The notes beneath the pieces were generated by a model. It ran no database searches and was not told where the DNA came from. It saw nothing but the letters and a program-made list of their open reading frames with translations. The position numbers and the translations under genes are program-made. 64,000 nt of DNA from Raillietiella orientalis (taxonomy: Eukaryota). Positions 37,801-50,389 of this stretch are shown in pieces. The stretch is from contig JAYWIR010000041.1 in the NCBI GenBank assembly GCA_036172245.1, positions 62,001 through 126,000 on the forward strand, given 5' to 3'. The stretch's first letter is position 1. Each line of letters opens with the position of its first letter.

Positions 37801-40800
37801 AAGATGTTTCATTAGTCCGGATTCCACACCAAAAGCTCTGTTCTATACCGCTCGCCGTTTTTGCATCGAATCTTCTTCGCTAGCTTCCTCAGATCTTCCG
37901 CTAGCTTCGCTATCTCTTAACACTCAGCATTCAAAGCCTTCATACTTGTCTTGACATGTCTTAAATGACATATTTGTCTTCTTCTTAAATCTCCTCTCTT
38001 CTATTTGAATGCAGACTCGCACACTGAACAGACCTCAACAAGAGCAATCACGTAGGAGAAATACACGAATTTTTTTACACCAGAATCATCGAAGATGAAG
38101 AGTAGATGAAGTTTCGCCTCTCGTGCAGCATGTGGGCAGACCAAAAGCAGCAAAAAGCATTACGAATGAATCTTTGAGATGCGTAAAAGAATGCCGACAC
38201 AAGACAGGGAAAAAGGACTCGATTACAGAGAATTTCGAGGCTCAGTTGTGAGAGCATGATGAGAATGATCTCAGAAAATCAGCTCGCTGCTCGCGAAGAA
38301 AATAAGATGAGATAAAAGCCATGGGATCCCAAAACATCAACTAGCGATGCGAATGCTAAGCATCCCCCCAAACCCCGGGTTTCTGTAAAAATTCTAATGA
38401 AGAGAGAAAATGCTGTGAGGAGACTGAGACAACAAAGTAGTATTTCCTTCCGATTAAGATGACTAACTTCCATGAATTTTAGTTTCATTTCTTTGATCTT
38501 CATAAAGATCAAATGAATGAGGATTCATCCGCTTGGAGGGAGGCAAGAGATCACGGAGAAAAGTTATGCTTTAAGAGAAGCAACGAAAGAAACTAGTCGG
38601 CACTTTCCAAGGGGATTGAACTTGATCCTGTAACTTCTCGGTGTCGTGGTAACATGAGCAGCTTTCTTTTCCCTCCTGCTGCCCCCTCAGACATCACCAG
38701 ATCATTGCCATAGTTGCGCATCCGAGAGCTGGAGGAAACAGAATACTTGCAGGAAGACGTAGAGACATCGTAAAGATGCAGTTAATCTCCGTGGATTTAC
38801 CACAGAATGCAGCAAAGCATCACAGGTTGTTGTAATGCCATCCAGAGTGAAGATTTAGGGGAGGGAGATGGAGGCGCAAACGAGAGAAATTCATTCATTT
38901 CTTCTGCTCCCTGGATGAAGAGGGAAAAGGCGAAAGGTCCTCTCGAGTGACACTTAGTTCTTCTTAGACGGAGACGAAGGAAGCAGTAAAATGTTTCGAA
39001 AGAGTCATTAGCAGGAGGATGGAATGCTCTTTTTTCCTCTTCTCATCAAAAGAAAACTAGGAGAAAAGCACGGCTTTGTAGAGCAACCATTTGATACCAG
39101 AACTGGCAGTGATCCTTCTAATTTATTGTTTCGAAGGAGATGTTTTGTTTCTGTTTCTTTGGGAAAAAATATGAAGATAGAAGGGAGGTGGAGAAGCAGT
39201 CCAGCAAAAAGTAGCCCAGAAACCCGGATTCCAGAATTTAAGAGAAGTTTTCCGAGTTGGCGAAATGGATTGAACAGCGAAAGTCGGTATTTTCCCCACT
39301 GGGGCTCCCATTCAGAAGAGTAGGGCTAGATGAGAGAAAAAGTCAGTATGCATTGTCAGAAGCAGTTTCACAAAAATTTCTAAATTTGAGCAGTTTCCGA
39401 CTTCTGTTTCTTCGACACGGCAGGGAACGAAGCAGCCACCCAGGAAGAATCGAAGGGAAAAGCATTCTTCATTCCCGAAAGGAAATGTTCGAGAAAAGAA
39501 TGCAGGTGGCAGCATTGAGCCATAGTAGGATCCAAGCATTAAGACTTTCTTCTAGGTAATTCTCTTTTCTTCCTCCCACAAGGAAACAAGGATGGACGGA
39601 ATAGGGTTTTGATCAGGTGCGCAATTCTGCAGAGGTGGATTATTGCTCCTTTAGAAACAGTGATGAAGTGTCTTCAGAATCCTCTGAGACCTTCCCTTAA
39701 AAGCACTTTTGTCTATTTACTAATAAGTTTGTGAAGCTCGATATCACATTAAAACGATGCAACACAATATCGGGAGAAGCTGTCTTCGCATCAGGATGAA
39801 TTTCAAGATTTGAAGTACAAATAGAATGCTCCAGGCTGCACAGCAATGCCTTGTGTCAAAAAGCCCACTGGAATGAAAGAGGGGTGGCATGAATGAAAAC
39901 ATGGCAGAAAAGAACATGGTTTTCCTTTGAAGATGAAGATCCAAACTTAAGAACTTGCTCTTGGCTCACGTTGAGTCAGAATTTCGATCCTGAGGATTTT
40001 TTAACCACAGGATGCTGTAATCTTCGATAACAAAAACATTCTTCAATAGAAAGAACAACAACGGCAACAAAATATTAAAATCAGGAAGATCATAAGGAAC
40101 ATGAAATCCGCCACGTCCTTCAGCTTCATGATCCCAGTTTCTTACCATAATACAAAAAAAAAAAAAAACTCAATCGTTTCTAAAAACTTTCAGCCGAGTC
40201 GGTTTGGGGGTTCTTCAATGGAAAGAATTCATGTAAAAATCTCCGAATCATCAGTAGAATCACTCAGTGAAAACGAAATCAAATCCTGAAAATAATTACG
40301 TGGAGTCAGCCTAGGTGGTGACTCAAGTTACCCGTCCGAAGGTCAAGAAAGACTTGAATTCCTTCATCTGGAAACATGAAGAGGGGGAGACTCACGGAGA
40401 GCAACGGGGTTTTTGAAGAAACGAAAGTGATAAGAACAGTTTGTGTCCGAGATAAAAAAAAACAGGGGAGTTACAGGAACATCATGGAGTAAAGTATTTC
40501 TGGGAATGGTCGAATAGTTGTGCTCAAGAGGCGAGGAGTTTCGAACCTGCGTAAAGTCCCGTGGAAGATTTATGAGTTGGTTCCATCGCGACCACACGAA
40601 AGCGGAGCCGATCCTCCAGGTTCAACGCTAGGATCACACAGTCAAAAGACGTTCTGCCCGTTAAAAAGCGGCGACTCTGCGACCGTCGATAGGATCCGTC
40701 CCGACAAAAATCACAAATTGAGCTCTTCCGTGCACCGAAGAGTTCTACTCGTGATTTGTCAAGTCATCTCAGCCAAGATTCTCCGAGTACCCTGTTCAAA

Positions 40801-41052
40801 TTCCCACTCGCCATGAGTTCTCGAGGAACACGGCATGGTCGGATGTGGTCAACCCCCATTATTCTGCAGCGATCCTCACTGATAGAGTGAGGTTGGCATC
40901 CAGGCCGCGAGGCGCATTTCGCGGGTCTTGAGGTGATGACTCGCGCTCATGCCAGTGTCGATGCTTGACATGCTTGAAACCGGTACACGCCGCGACCCGA
41001 GGGCTCAACGCGCTCGAGGCACACCTTCCAAGGAAGGATAATGGCTACTCAC

Positions 41053-41277
41053 CATTTCTCTGCGACAAAATGTCTGGATGGTGAAGTTCCTCTCTTGCAC
41101 CGCGTATGGCGTTCATGCTTCTGTCATTGCTAGGCCTGCTGTCGTAGAAAGACCCTTTCTTGCTTCTGATGGTGAAGCAGAGTATGCATATCATGGCTAT
41201 GGACAGAATGAGCACTCCGATGCAAGAACCCACCGCGATGTGAAGGACAGAAAACGTTTCCTGCTTTTGTTCGATAT
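41053..41277 (-). CDS. Sidestep-family gene exon: transmembrane helix and juxtamembrane tail
   Basis: tttttccag|AT ... AAT G|GTGAGT, 225 nt, phase 1/1. Hydrophobic IAVGSCIGVLILSIAMICILCFTI followed by RSKK, ending in HPDIL (~PDII seen in Side tails). Confidence 0.88.
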
Positions 41278-42146
41278 CTGGAAAAACGCACACTCGTCAG
41301 TGCATTCTAAAACCCGAATCTTCCGATTTCTCATTTTCAATAGCAAGCTGCACTCAAAGCTGGAGATTCACGATAGAGGGCGGGAAGGAGGAGGGAGGAA
41401 GGGGGATGGGGGAATGCATATAAATGCATAGCCTTGATTTCGTTGCACTGTATTTGTTCATCGTTTCACTTCAAACATTGCATCTTTCTTTCATGGCTTT
41501 ATGGATTTCCATAGTAGGCCTCATTTATGATTCATACGGTGTCTGCTCATCACTTCCCTCGTTCATTCACCCTTTCTTAGGATTATTTAATTTCCGGTTC
41601 CCTGATCTGGTTAGTTACTTGTTGCATGACGAGGGACTTGGGCGCCCAAAGATTTGCTCGTAATTTCTCCAGCTGTTTGCTCATTGCCTGACCAGTGATT
41701 TACGTAATCTCCACAGGGTGCCCTATCACTTTTCAGCCAGCTACTGCTTGGTCATCCTTGGGTCTAGCATCTGCTTTGTTTTTCTTCGCCTTGTTTTTCC
41801 CAATTCTGTTGGTGCATTCATCAAGTTGTTGACAGACGGAAGACGTAAGACGCGAAAGAGATTCGGAATAGGGAGGAAACGAACTCAGCAGGAAGCGATG
41901 CCTCGCTGCTGCCACTCGTTGTTTCGACGAGATCCCAACCAAGAGTTTCGCCATTCGGGTTCGTCCCGGAGGCAGTCCTGTTCTCCAGGCATGTGCCAAG
42001 GAAGACGGTGCTCAGAACTCCACGTTCCTCGAGGTATGGCTTTCAGGCAAGCTGTGGCACTTCTCGTTACCGGTGCTTGCGCGGGCAAGCGCGCAAAGGA
42101 GTACGCCGCGAGGACAAATCGGGGCTTCGAAAGATGGGATACTCGC

Positions 42147-42446
42147 CTGTGACGATTTTCTCCGCCGGCCTCAGAGTGTATACGGACATCTTGTACGGAG
42201 CGCTCTTTCCTTTGATGTTGATGGCGTAGATGAAAAGGCCGTACTCCTTATTGAGCTGCAGGCCGTTGAACGTAAAATTGGGGTTGAGCCTCGTCATGTT
42301 CTGGACAAGTTCGTAGTCGAGCACCTCGAACAGCTCTGCCATAAATATCTGAGGCATACCCCCGTTGTACCCTTCTTGGCAGAAAACGGAGAACCCGGAC
42401 ATGGTCAGATTCGTGACGGAACAGTTGATCAGCGGCTCTGGAGGTC
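42147..42446 (-). CDS. Sidestep-family gene exon: fibronectin type III domain
   Basis: atttcag|GA ... ACA G|GCGAGT (GC donor), 300 nt. GPPEPLINCSVTN...CQEGYNGGMPQ.F...YAINIKGKS...YTLRPAEK. Confidence 0.93.
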
Positions 42447-43770
42447 CTGAAATTACAGTCAAGTTGCGCTACCTCTGGGACTCAAGCGTGGATAGGTCCA
42501 TCCCTCACCCATCGCACGAAAGGATGCGTTCTCTTCAATGGGCTGCTGAACTGGTCAAAAAGGTCCTATCGAGACTCGGGACTCAATTTCATGTGTCCCA
42601 AAGATGGTTGCACAGTACAAGGAGAGAGAAGAAAAAGAAAACGGACCAAACGTGTGCGGGCTAAGAGGAAGCAGCAGATACCTCTCGACGGACTCAGCAG
42701 ATCCGGGACCAAGATCCTATAGGATGGCGGAGTGAGCCTCTCAGCGGTCTTTTCTTTCTCTGCTTTTCCTTCGAGGTGGGAATTGGCCGAAAGAGAGACA
42801 AGGAGAAGGAGGTGGAGGAGAGATAAGACATGATCTTCTGAGGAATGGAAAACAACAGAGGATGCGCCGATTATCTTTCTTTCGCCACATCCAAGATGAG
42901 AAAGAGCACGTGAGCCGCTTCTAGATGATATGAAAGGGATGATGGAGGCAGAGAGGAACTTCCCAGGTTACGGAGAGCTGTCTTCGCAACATTGATCGCA
43001 GCTAAGAAGAGCTGCCCCCTATCACTAGAATCCCTGAAGGACTCCATGAAAGGAAGGAATGCGCTCCTGAACACCTTGCAACAAAGGGAGGGAAGGGATC
43101 TGGCAGGGGGCAGATTCTGACAGGTCGGTTTCCTCGGAGAAAGGTGTAGCAACGATGGATGACAGTCTCTAGCCCAGGTCATCATCCCCTGCGACTCGAG
43201 ATAGCAGCTGCTGAGGACAGGAAAGGATGAGAAGAGAAAGTGAGAGGAACACGATGCCCATCTGCACCCCAGTAAACCAGAGCGACCCAGACAGTCTCAG
43301 TAAAATGATAATCAAATCGGAAGAATCAAGGGACTCAAGGACTCTGGAGAAGGGGGAGATGGAAGAATGGAGAAAGAAAAGGAAACGAGGAAGGAAGGAA
43401 GGAAGAATGGAAAGAAGAGAAAGAAGAAAAAAGGAGGCGGATGTGCTTCCGTGAGAACTATGAACCACAAGAGGTTTTCGCGAAGCAGGGAAGCAATCTC
43501 GTCCCCGTCCTGTTGTATCTGAAGGTCGTATCGCTCAGCACCAAGGGTGCGTCCAGTCTGCCAGCTTTTCGAGCAGCGCTTTCGGTTCCCAGCAACACAC
43601 TCGAACTCTCTGCCGCACCTCGTCCCTGGGAATCGCGTGCTCTTCCCCTTTCTGGAGCCCCACCGGCAAAAGCGGAAAATGAAAGAGCTCTCCCTCACAA
43701 ACACATCCGTGCCCGACAGGCAGCCTCGGGAAATCAAGGAGGAGGAGGGGGAGGAGGGAAAGCTTCCTAC

Positions 43771-44064
43771 CTGCTTGGAGGACGTAGAAGACGCAGGGGT
43801 CGTTCTGCCAGCCCAGCTCATTCTCCCCCCTGCATAACAGAGTCCCATAATCCCTCTCGGCCTTGGGGACGTATCTCAGGGTGCTGTTGAATTCTTGGAC
43901 GGAGTAATCCCGTGAAGGCAGCCGATGGATTTCGTTGGTGCGGTTAATCTCCCAGCGGAAGCTGGTCACAGGCGGCTGGGCTTCCAGCTCGCAACTGATG
44001 AGGGCCTCTTCGTTCAAGGTCACGCCGTAGGTTCTCCTTTGGTTGGGCTTGCACGAGGGTCTGT
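43771..44064 (-). CDS. Sidestep-family gene exon: Ig5
   Basis: ccactag|AC ... GCA G|GTAGGA, 294 nt. YRPSCK...ISCELEAQP...FRW...DYGTLLCRGENELG.Q..PCVF. Confidence 0.93.
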
Positions 44065-44747
44065 CTAGTGGAGGCAGGCTCTCAGGAAGTCGGTCGCAAG
44101 GGACCAACCGCGCGCGCGCCAAGCTCTTCCCTCTCTCTTCCCTTCTTCCCCCTCCCCCATCCTCCGCTTGAAAAGCCTCGAATCGCTTCCGGGAAAGAGG
44201 AAGCAAAGCGGGGGGAAGCTGTCGGGAAAGCACGCACCCGCAATTGCCTTCGGCTCCTCGTCGCTGAGGCAACTATCGGCGACCTCGACAAGGCCCGGGA
44301 GGGACAGAGGAGGAGGAGGAGTAAGAATAGAGGAGGGGTGGGTGAGGAAGGAAGGAGAGCAGAGAGAGGGGATTTCCTGAGAAGGTCGTTAGGAAAAAAG
44401 TGGACCCTCCCTCGGGGTTCTGCATCTCTTCTTCCACCTTCCTACTCAGAAGCGTACCCTGATGGTCTACCCGGCACGGAAGCAGGAGGATTTCCTGTAG
44501 TCTTTTCTCTAGAGGCACCTCCCTCAGGTAGGGAACGAGGGGCTCACGAGAAGAGGAGAAGGAAGAAGGAAGGAAGGGACCCACGAGAGCAGGAAGCGGT
44601 CAAGGATTACGAAGCTTACCCCTCCATTCCCGGGATCGTCGAAGAGACGACTTCAGGAAGCCTCCCCGACGGCTGAAGGATGCATGAGCGAAAGCGAAGG
44701 GGCGGGCAAGATCGCGGAAGGAGGGATGAGGCCAAAAATCCACTTAC

Positions 44748-44907
44748 ATTTGACCACTAGGCTGATGACGTTGCTGACCCCCTCGCCGTCGCTGTTGGAA
44801 GCCCTGCAGGAGTAGTTCCCCGAGGTGGCCCTGGTGACCTTTTGCAGGACGAGGGTCTGGTTAATGATGATGATCCTGCCCCCCACGTTCTGATGCAGCC
44901 GCTTGCC
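44748..44907 (-). CDS. Sidestep-family gene exon: Ig4 second half
   Basis: cctgcag|GGC ... AAA T|GTAAGT, 160 nt. IIIINQTLVLQKVTRATSGNYSCRASNSDGEGVSN. Confidence 0.93.
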
Positions 44908-46799
44908 CTGCAGGACGAAAACAGGACATCAGTGACCTGAACAAGAAGAAGGGAAGCTTTTTCTCCGCCCCTTCCTTCAATTCTGATCAAGGAGATCTCG
45001 GACCCAAGATCAGGGAGGAAAGGGAAGAGAAAGGGGAAGAAGGAGGAGAGCAGATTCGTCTTCCTCGGCTATCTGACGGCTTCCACTGTCTCTCGGGTCC
45101 CTCTTCCTCCGTGAGGAGGCGGAGTCGGGATACTTTCCTCCTCCCCTTCTCCCCTGGCTCTCTCCCCTCCCTCTCGATCTTCCGGAAAGATCGCTGGGAA
45201 TACATTCGTGTGCAATCCATCATCCAGAATCCGTTCTCTCTGAGGAGAAGTCCCTCGTGTTCCTGACCGAACACTGAAGGAGAGAGCGAGAGACCTGGAG
45301 ACTGGCGCTGGCTCGCGTGCCCACGCGCCACCATTGCTATCCTGGGGAGGAAGGGAGAGAAAGGGGGGGAAAAGGAACGAATGGATCTGACAGCACCCGT
45401 TACCTTGAAGGTTCCAGCTGTGTCGAAGGGGGAAGCACTCCTCCCTACCTCCGGAAATCATCCCCGAAACCCTCCTTCGTTCTCTCTTCCATGTCATGAG
45501 CTCTTTCAGGAAAACAGGAAGGGAAAACCCGAGGGCGCCACGTATCAGAGAATCCTCGTGGGACTGCTTGCCCTTCAGTCACTTGCGGTCCTCCCTGTTG
45601 GTCCAGGGACCTCCCTCGTCATGTTTTGCATCTTCCCCATCCCTTTCCCCCCGAACGAGCAGGAGATGCCCGGCCAGCGGACAGGGAACGGACGTGAGAA
45701 CGCGTGAGTGACCGATCCCGAGGGCTCTAGTGGAGGGGAGGAGAGAGCGAAAGAGTGTGTCCTGCCTCCCGAAGAGCTCGACTTCTTCCTTTGCGAGCGA
45801 TCGGTAGAGGAACTGCCACCACCAAGGCACTCCCAGCGGGCACCTGGAGGTCAGAGAAGGGGTCTCGTCCCTGCCGCGGGAAGAAGAGGCTAGGAAGAAG
45901 ATTCTGCGGCTTTTCCCGCTGCTACGGGGGCGGAATGCGGTTGCCACTGACTACGGAGAGAGAATTTGAGAGGGAGGTGAGGCATCTTCATGTCATCGGA
46001 GCACTAAGGGTCGACGGTGACATGAAGACGGGGGTCTTAGAGAAATCAGACCCGTATGCCTCTCCACCAAGACCGCGTGGACTAACATCCACTCTTGGAG
46101 AGGATCCGGAGGTGGACCGAAAGCGATGCTTGCAACCTGGGACTGCATGATCTTTTTTTTGAAAGGGGAGAAGGAATAAGGGGAACGGAGCCTCCACAGA
46201 GATGGAGGTCGGGCCTGCATCTTTTAGTGGCTCCGTAGAAATGCCGCACCCAGGTGCAACCGAGAGCGATGCGATCCGCAGCTGGGCGGCTGCATTTCGT
46301 CGTCCGGGTGAAGTTCGACCCCTCGAACCCTTGAGTTGTTGTTGCTTTCCTCGTACGCCCTCCGTCCGGCGAGAAAGAGGAAAGCAACAACGGGGGAGAG
46401 ACGAAGGGGGAGAGAAAGCTGCTAGGGAATGGCCTTTCCTTTCCTACCCTGCTCTTCCTCCACAGTGGGACCTCCGTTCCACGTGACTGCGGCGCTCGGG
46501 AGGCAGGGAAGCCGCGTCAGGAAGCGCCAGGAAGAGTCTATGATCTTCAACCTGACCGAAAGGGATCTTTAAGACCATCGCAGGAAGTAGACCGTGAAGT
46601 ATCCGGAAAGCAGCGTGGCTGTGCTCTCTCTGGGATGATCTCACCGCAGAGACCACCTGCTGAACAGGGGAGGGGAAAAGAAAAAAAAGGAAAAGTCTTT
46701 CGGGAACCGCTGGATGCTATGAGTTCTCAGAATGGTTAGCTGAGATTCCATTGCGACCGCTCCTCAGCTTCCCTCCCATTCCCAGCTTCATTCGAAGAT

Positions 46800-48400
46800 G
46801 GCCATCTTCTTTCCGAAAGAAGCTCCGCAGATACCTGCACCTCGACTTGCCTGGGTTCTTCATCCTCTTCTAGCGAGCAAGAACGGTTCTTACCCGCGCA
46901 GGCGAGAAGCAATGCCTCGTGAAACCAGCATTTATCTCCCAGGCGCGGCTGTTTCTTCAATCCTGCAGCTTCCTTTCACCTCCTTTTCACTTTTAGCGGC
47001 GTCTTCAGCTTCGTGTTCCTGGCGAGGTGCGGTGGGAACGAACTCATTCGGATGGAGCAGGGAGGTTTGGTGCGGCGTCGCCGAGGACAAGGTAAAAGAA
47101 GCAGCGGTGGATCTTCAGGCGATCTACAAGCTCCCGAAGAACCTAACGAGTGCCGCCTGCGACGAATCTTCAGCGACAGTTTCGAGATGACTGCTGCACC
47201 CATTTGGTGCTTGCAGAGTCTGCAGCGGCTCCTCTTGCGAGGAGAGTGCGGATTTCTGACCCCGAGTCCCTGCGATGGCTCGAGAGGGCACTCATCATAG
47301 CAGCAGCCGATCCGTAGCTACTGCCTCGATGGTCCTAGGGAGGAGGCTGGGAACATGACTGGGCGTAGCCTTAGGCATCCCCGGCTTTGGATAGATCCAC
47401 GCAACCCAAGATCGAGAGGGGAGCGGTCTAATGAGCAGCGGAAGGGGAAGAAGACACGCGGTCCATGGAGAAAAGGGAATTTTGCTTCCAGAACTCACTG
47501 CACCCGTCCAGAGGCCGAGTCAAGAGGGAGGATGAGCGAGATGAGCTGCCTAGGGGAACCGCGGACGAATGATGCTAGTCAGGAGGGGAGCGGGGGGAAG
47601 AATTCCTTTTTATTTCTTCATCACGGCTACCCGATGCAGCGGACCGCATCACTGTAGGAGACCCTGGGACGCACTAGCGAAAGGTACCACAAGGAACGAG
47701 TGAGGCAGCCGGACGAGGTGGACAAAGAGAGCAGCCGGATGCGTCCCGCGAACGTCCGGTCGCGCGACGCCTCCGCAGGAGTCCCTGGACCTTCGGTCGA
47801 AAAGGGAGGCGACCGAACACCCGGTGCAGTTGGTCAGGGGAGAAGAGAAGCAGGTGGCACCTTAGGATAGCGGATGCCTCTCAAACCGATGGTCGCACAA
47901 GGGGTGGATAGAAAATGAAGGTCCGCTGCCGGGGAAAGAGGGCAGGAACGCTCCCCCTCCCCCCCCGAGGCCAATGAAGCAACTCCCTCCAGACAAGAGG
48001 TGCATAGAGCAGAGCTCAGGGGAGAAAGCTGAGCCCGCAGATGTCTCATCTTCAAGAGAATCACGCCGTCGACGCAGAGCGTCACGAGATATCCGCAGGA
48101 GCAAGACAACAAAAATCTGGTCGTCCGAAAAGTCTTCGAGGTAGGCCCTTCGGGAGCGGACACCCCGTGGCCTGCTCGTGAACGTCTTTATCTTGGTCCC
48201 TGTCTTTCGTCCGAGACGCTGCATCTTCGTGAACGTGGCAGGGTAAAGCTCATTCTCGACTCGAGCTCTGAACCTCGGAGGCATAGAGAAGAATGCAACG
48301 GTGCGCTCATCTCTCTTGGAGATGATGTGATCCACATCGAGGCAGAGTGCCTCCTTTTCTTTCTTTGTAGGGTCAGAAGTGACAATCTATGGAGGGTCTC
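46800..48400 (+). mobile_element. Decayed CR1/L2-like element (endonuclease to RT start), antisense within an intron
   Basis: EVWC...AIYKLP (~E.xW...IYRPP), LLRGECG (~GDFN), FKRITP..V...DN.KSGRP (~KSxGPD), NATVR (~KxAxVxP), in order. Confidence 0.4.
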
Positions 48401-49018
48401 CACGAAGAATGCAGCCATAGCAGTGCTGTTGCTTTCAAGAGAAGGATGCAAAAGCTTTCACTCTTCGAATGGAAGCGGCGTTTGGCATCATAGCCTGGAC
48501 TCGCGATGGAGACCACGTCATTTTTTCCTTCACGATTCAGCCCGGATCCACTGATCAATCAGTAGGAGATGCATTAAGAACTAGTCTGAGGAGGAAGGAT
48601 GCAGTCACGCCCCATGGAGTATCTGGGAAAACCTCCGATGTTTATCCTCTCCGGCACTGAGGATGCACGTTTTTTATCTCCGAATCGAGGAAACCGAAAC
48701 GCCAAGTTTAGCTTTCCCTCCTGACTTGTTCCCCTCCTTTGATTGTTCCCTACTAAGGTCCCTCAAGGTTCCCTGGATGGGAACAAAAGAACACGAGCGA
48801 ATTTTTGATTCCTTTTGGAAGGGGGAAGATCGAGGATTTTCCAAGGCCCCGCCCACCGGAAAGCATCAGGCAACCGTCATGAATAATAATTCCCCTCTTC
48901 CCTCCCCATGCCGGCCGTTGCTAGGATGCGCGACTCGACAGACACCCTTGATCAGCTCAGAGAGGAAAAAATTATTACCCAAATTCCGATCCCCAATGTA
49001 ACCAAAAGGAAAACTCAC

Positions 49019-49149
49019 GTTGACGAACCAGGAGATAGCGGAAGCCCTGGGATTGGCGTGCACGCTGCATTCGAAGAACACATCTTCCCCAATTTCGATC
49101 TTGCTCGGTTTCAAGGGAGACCCCATCTCCAGCGTCAGTTGAGGAACAT
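49019..49149 (-). CDS. Sidestep-family gene exon: Ig4 first half
   Basis: ctgtcag|AT ... AAC|GTGAGT, 131 nt. YVPQLTLEMGSPL.P..I..GEDVFFECSVHANP...ISW. Confidence 0.93.
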
Positions 49150-50244
49150 CTGACAGTCGGAAGAGAAGCAAGGAGTCCATGAATAATTCATGTGGTTGTG
49201 GTTTTGCAGCTCTCATTCACATCAAGACCGCGCGAGAGGCTACAATTAAGAACAGCCCTAGGAGGGCGTGATGTCGGAGCGTCGCAGGCACGGATCGATG
49301 GACGTTTTTTTCCCTTTCCGAAAACGGCGGATACCAAAAATCAAACCCCGGTCTGTGGGAAGAACTGCCTCTCGTTCTTGCAGTGTTTGCCGTGTTCGTG
49401 AGATCTTGACGTCGCAGAATGGGAAGGTGGGACGCGGTAAGAGGAACGCGCACTCGAGGGAAGCTCTGGGACCATGGACTCCTGAAGAGCTTCGAAGAGG
49501 AGGTCGTCTGATGCTTTTGCTTTTCGGGAGTTTGGTTAGCTAGGCGGGGAGCGCGGCCAAGGAGGCCGGAATGAAACGAGGGAAAAGTCAGAAGGGTGGT
49601 GATGTCTGCAGCTCATGGGTGATGCCGTTGCACCTTTTTCCCTTTCCGGAAAGGAGGAAGGGGAGTGAAGGAAGAAGGCAAATAGCTGAGAGAGGGTGCT
49701 GTGACCTCTCTCCCTCCCAGCTGCGACTCTCAGGATTCTTCCTGGGTCACGATCTGAGGGGCTGACGGCAACCATGGAATAGGATTCTAGAAGCTGAGCT
49801 CTGGTCAGCTGAAGCGGCAGAAGGGAGCAGAGGATGAAGGAATGGGACCTAAGGGAAAAAAAAAAAATGTTCATCGGCCATCACCATCCTCATCTTTCCT
49901 GTCTCTTTTTCTCTCGTGAAACTCCGGAGACTCAGCTCCAGAATAAGACGCAGCGCACACGTTATTCTTCCGCTAAGGTGCTGCTTCAAGGTCGATTCTC
50001 TCGAGCCGCTGGAGTCCAGGGAAAGATGGGTTCGAGACTCCAGGGTCCGGAGCAGCTGTGTCCGAGCTGCTGCGAGCGATTCCAGCACTTCGACTTCATC
50101 CCGAGCCCACTCGATCCCTGCTGCCGTCGTCGGACGCAAGACGAGAGTGAAAGGAGTCTCCGAGGTGATCGCGAGGTGATGCCGCTTCGTGACAACGAAC
50201 GGGCGGAACTCACACACGGAAGAAGCAGCCTCGTGTCTGCTCAC

Positions 50245-50389
50245 ATGTTACATTCAGGGTCCAGCTGTCAGCCACCCTGCTGCCTGATAACAGGGGGTTT
50301 TCCGCCATGCAGCTGATGTTGCTCTTGTTCTGCAGGAAATTAAATGTAACGGAGAGCACGCTCGTCGTCGTGTTGAAATCCGCTGAGGT
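50245..50389 (-). CDS. Sidestep-family gene exon: Ig3 second half (absent from the ORF track)
   Basis: ctcttccag|ACC ... ACA T|GTGAGC, 145 nt. TSADFNTTTSVLSVTFNFLQNKSNISCMAENPLLSGSRVADSWTLNVT. Confidence 0.9.

Noticed and set aside
40530..40605. A-box/B-box-like tRNA or SINE head on the minus strand (similar hints at ~38610 and ~55090)
   Set aside because: No cloverleaf and the boxes are incomplete; cannot be supported as a tRNA or SINE.
40805..40870. Third GC-type donor (ATG|GCGAGT) implying another exon
   Set aside because: All phase-compatible upstream acceptors lead to in-frame stops before it.
43200..43440. GA-rich tract encoding a K/R/E-rich ORF
   Set aside because: Simple purine-rich low-complexity intron sequence.
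49849..50244. 131-aa minus ORF starting at the exon donor
   Set aside because: Out of frame with the exon and no recognisable domain.
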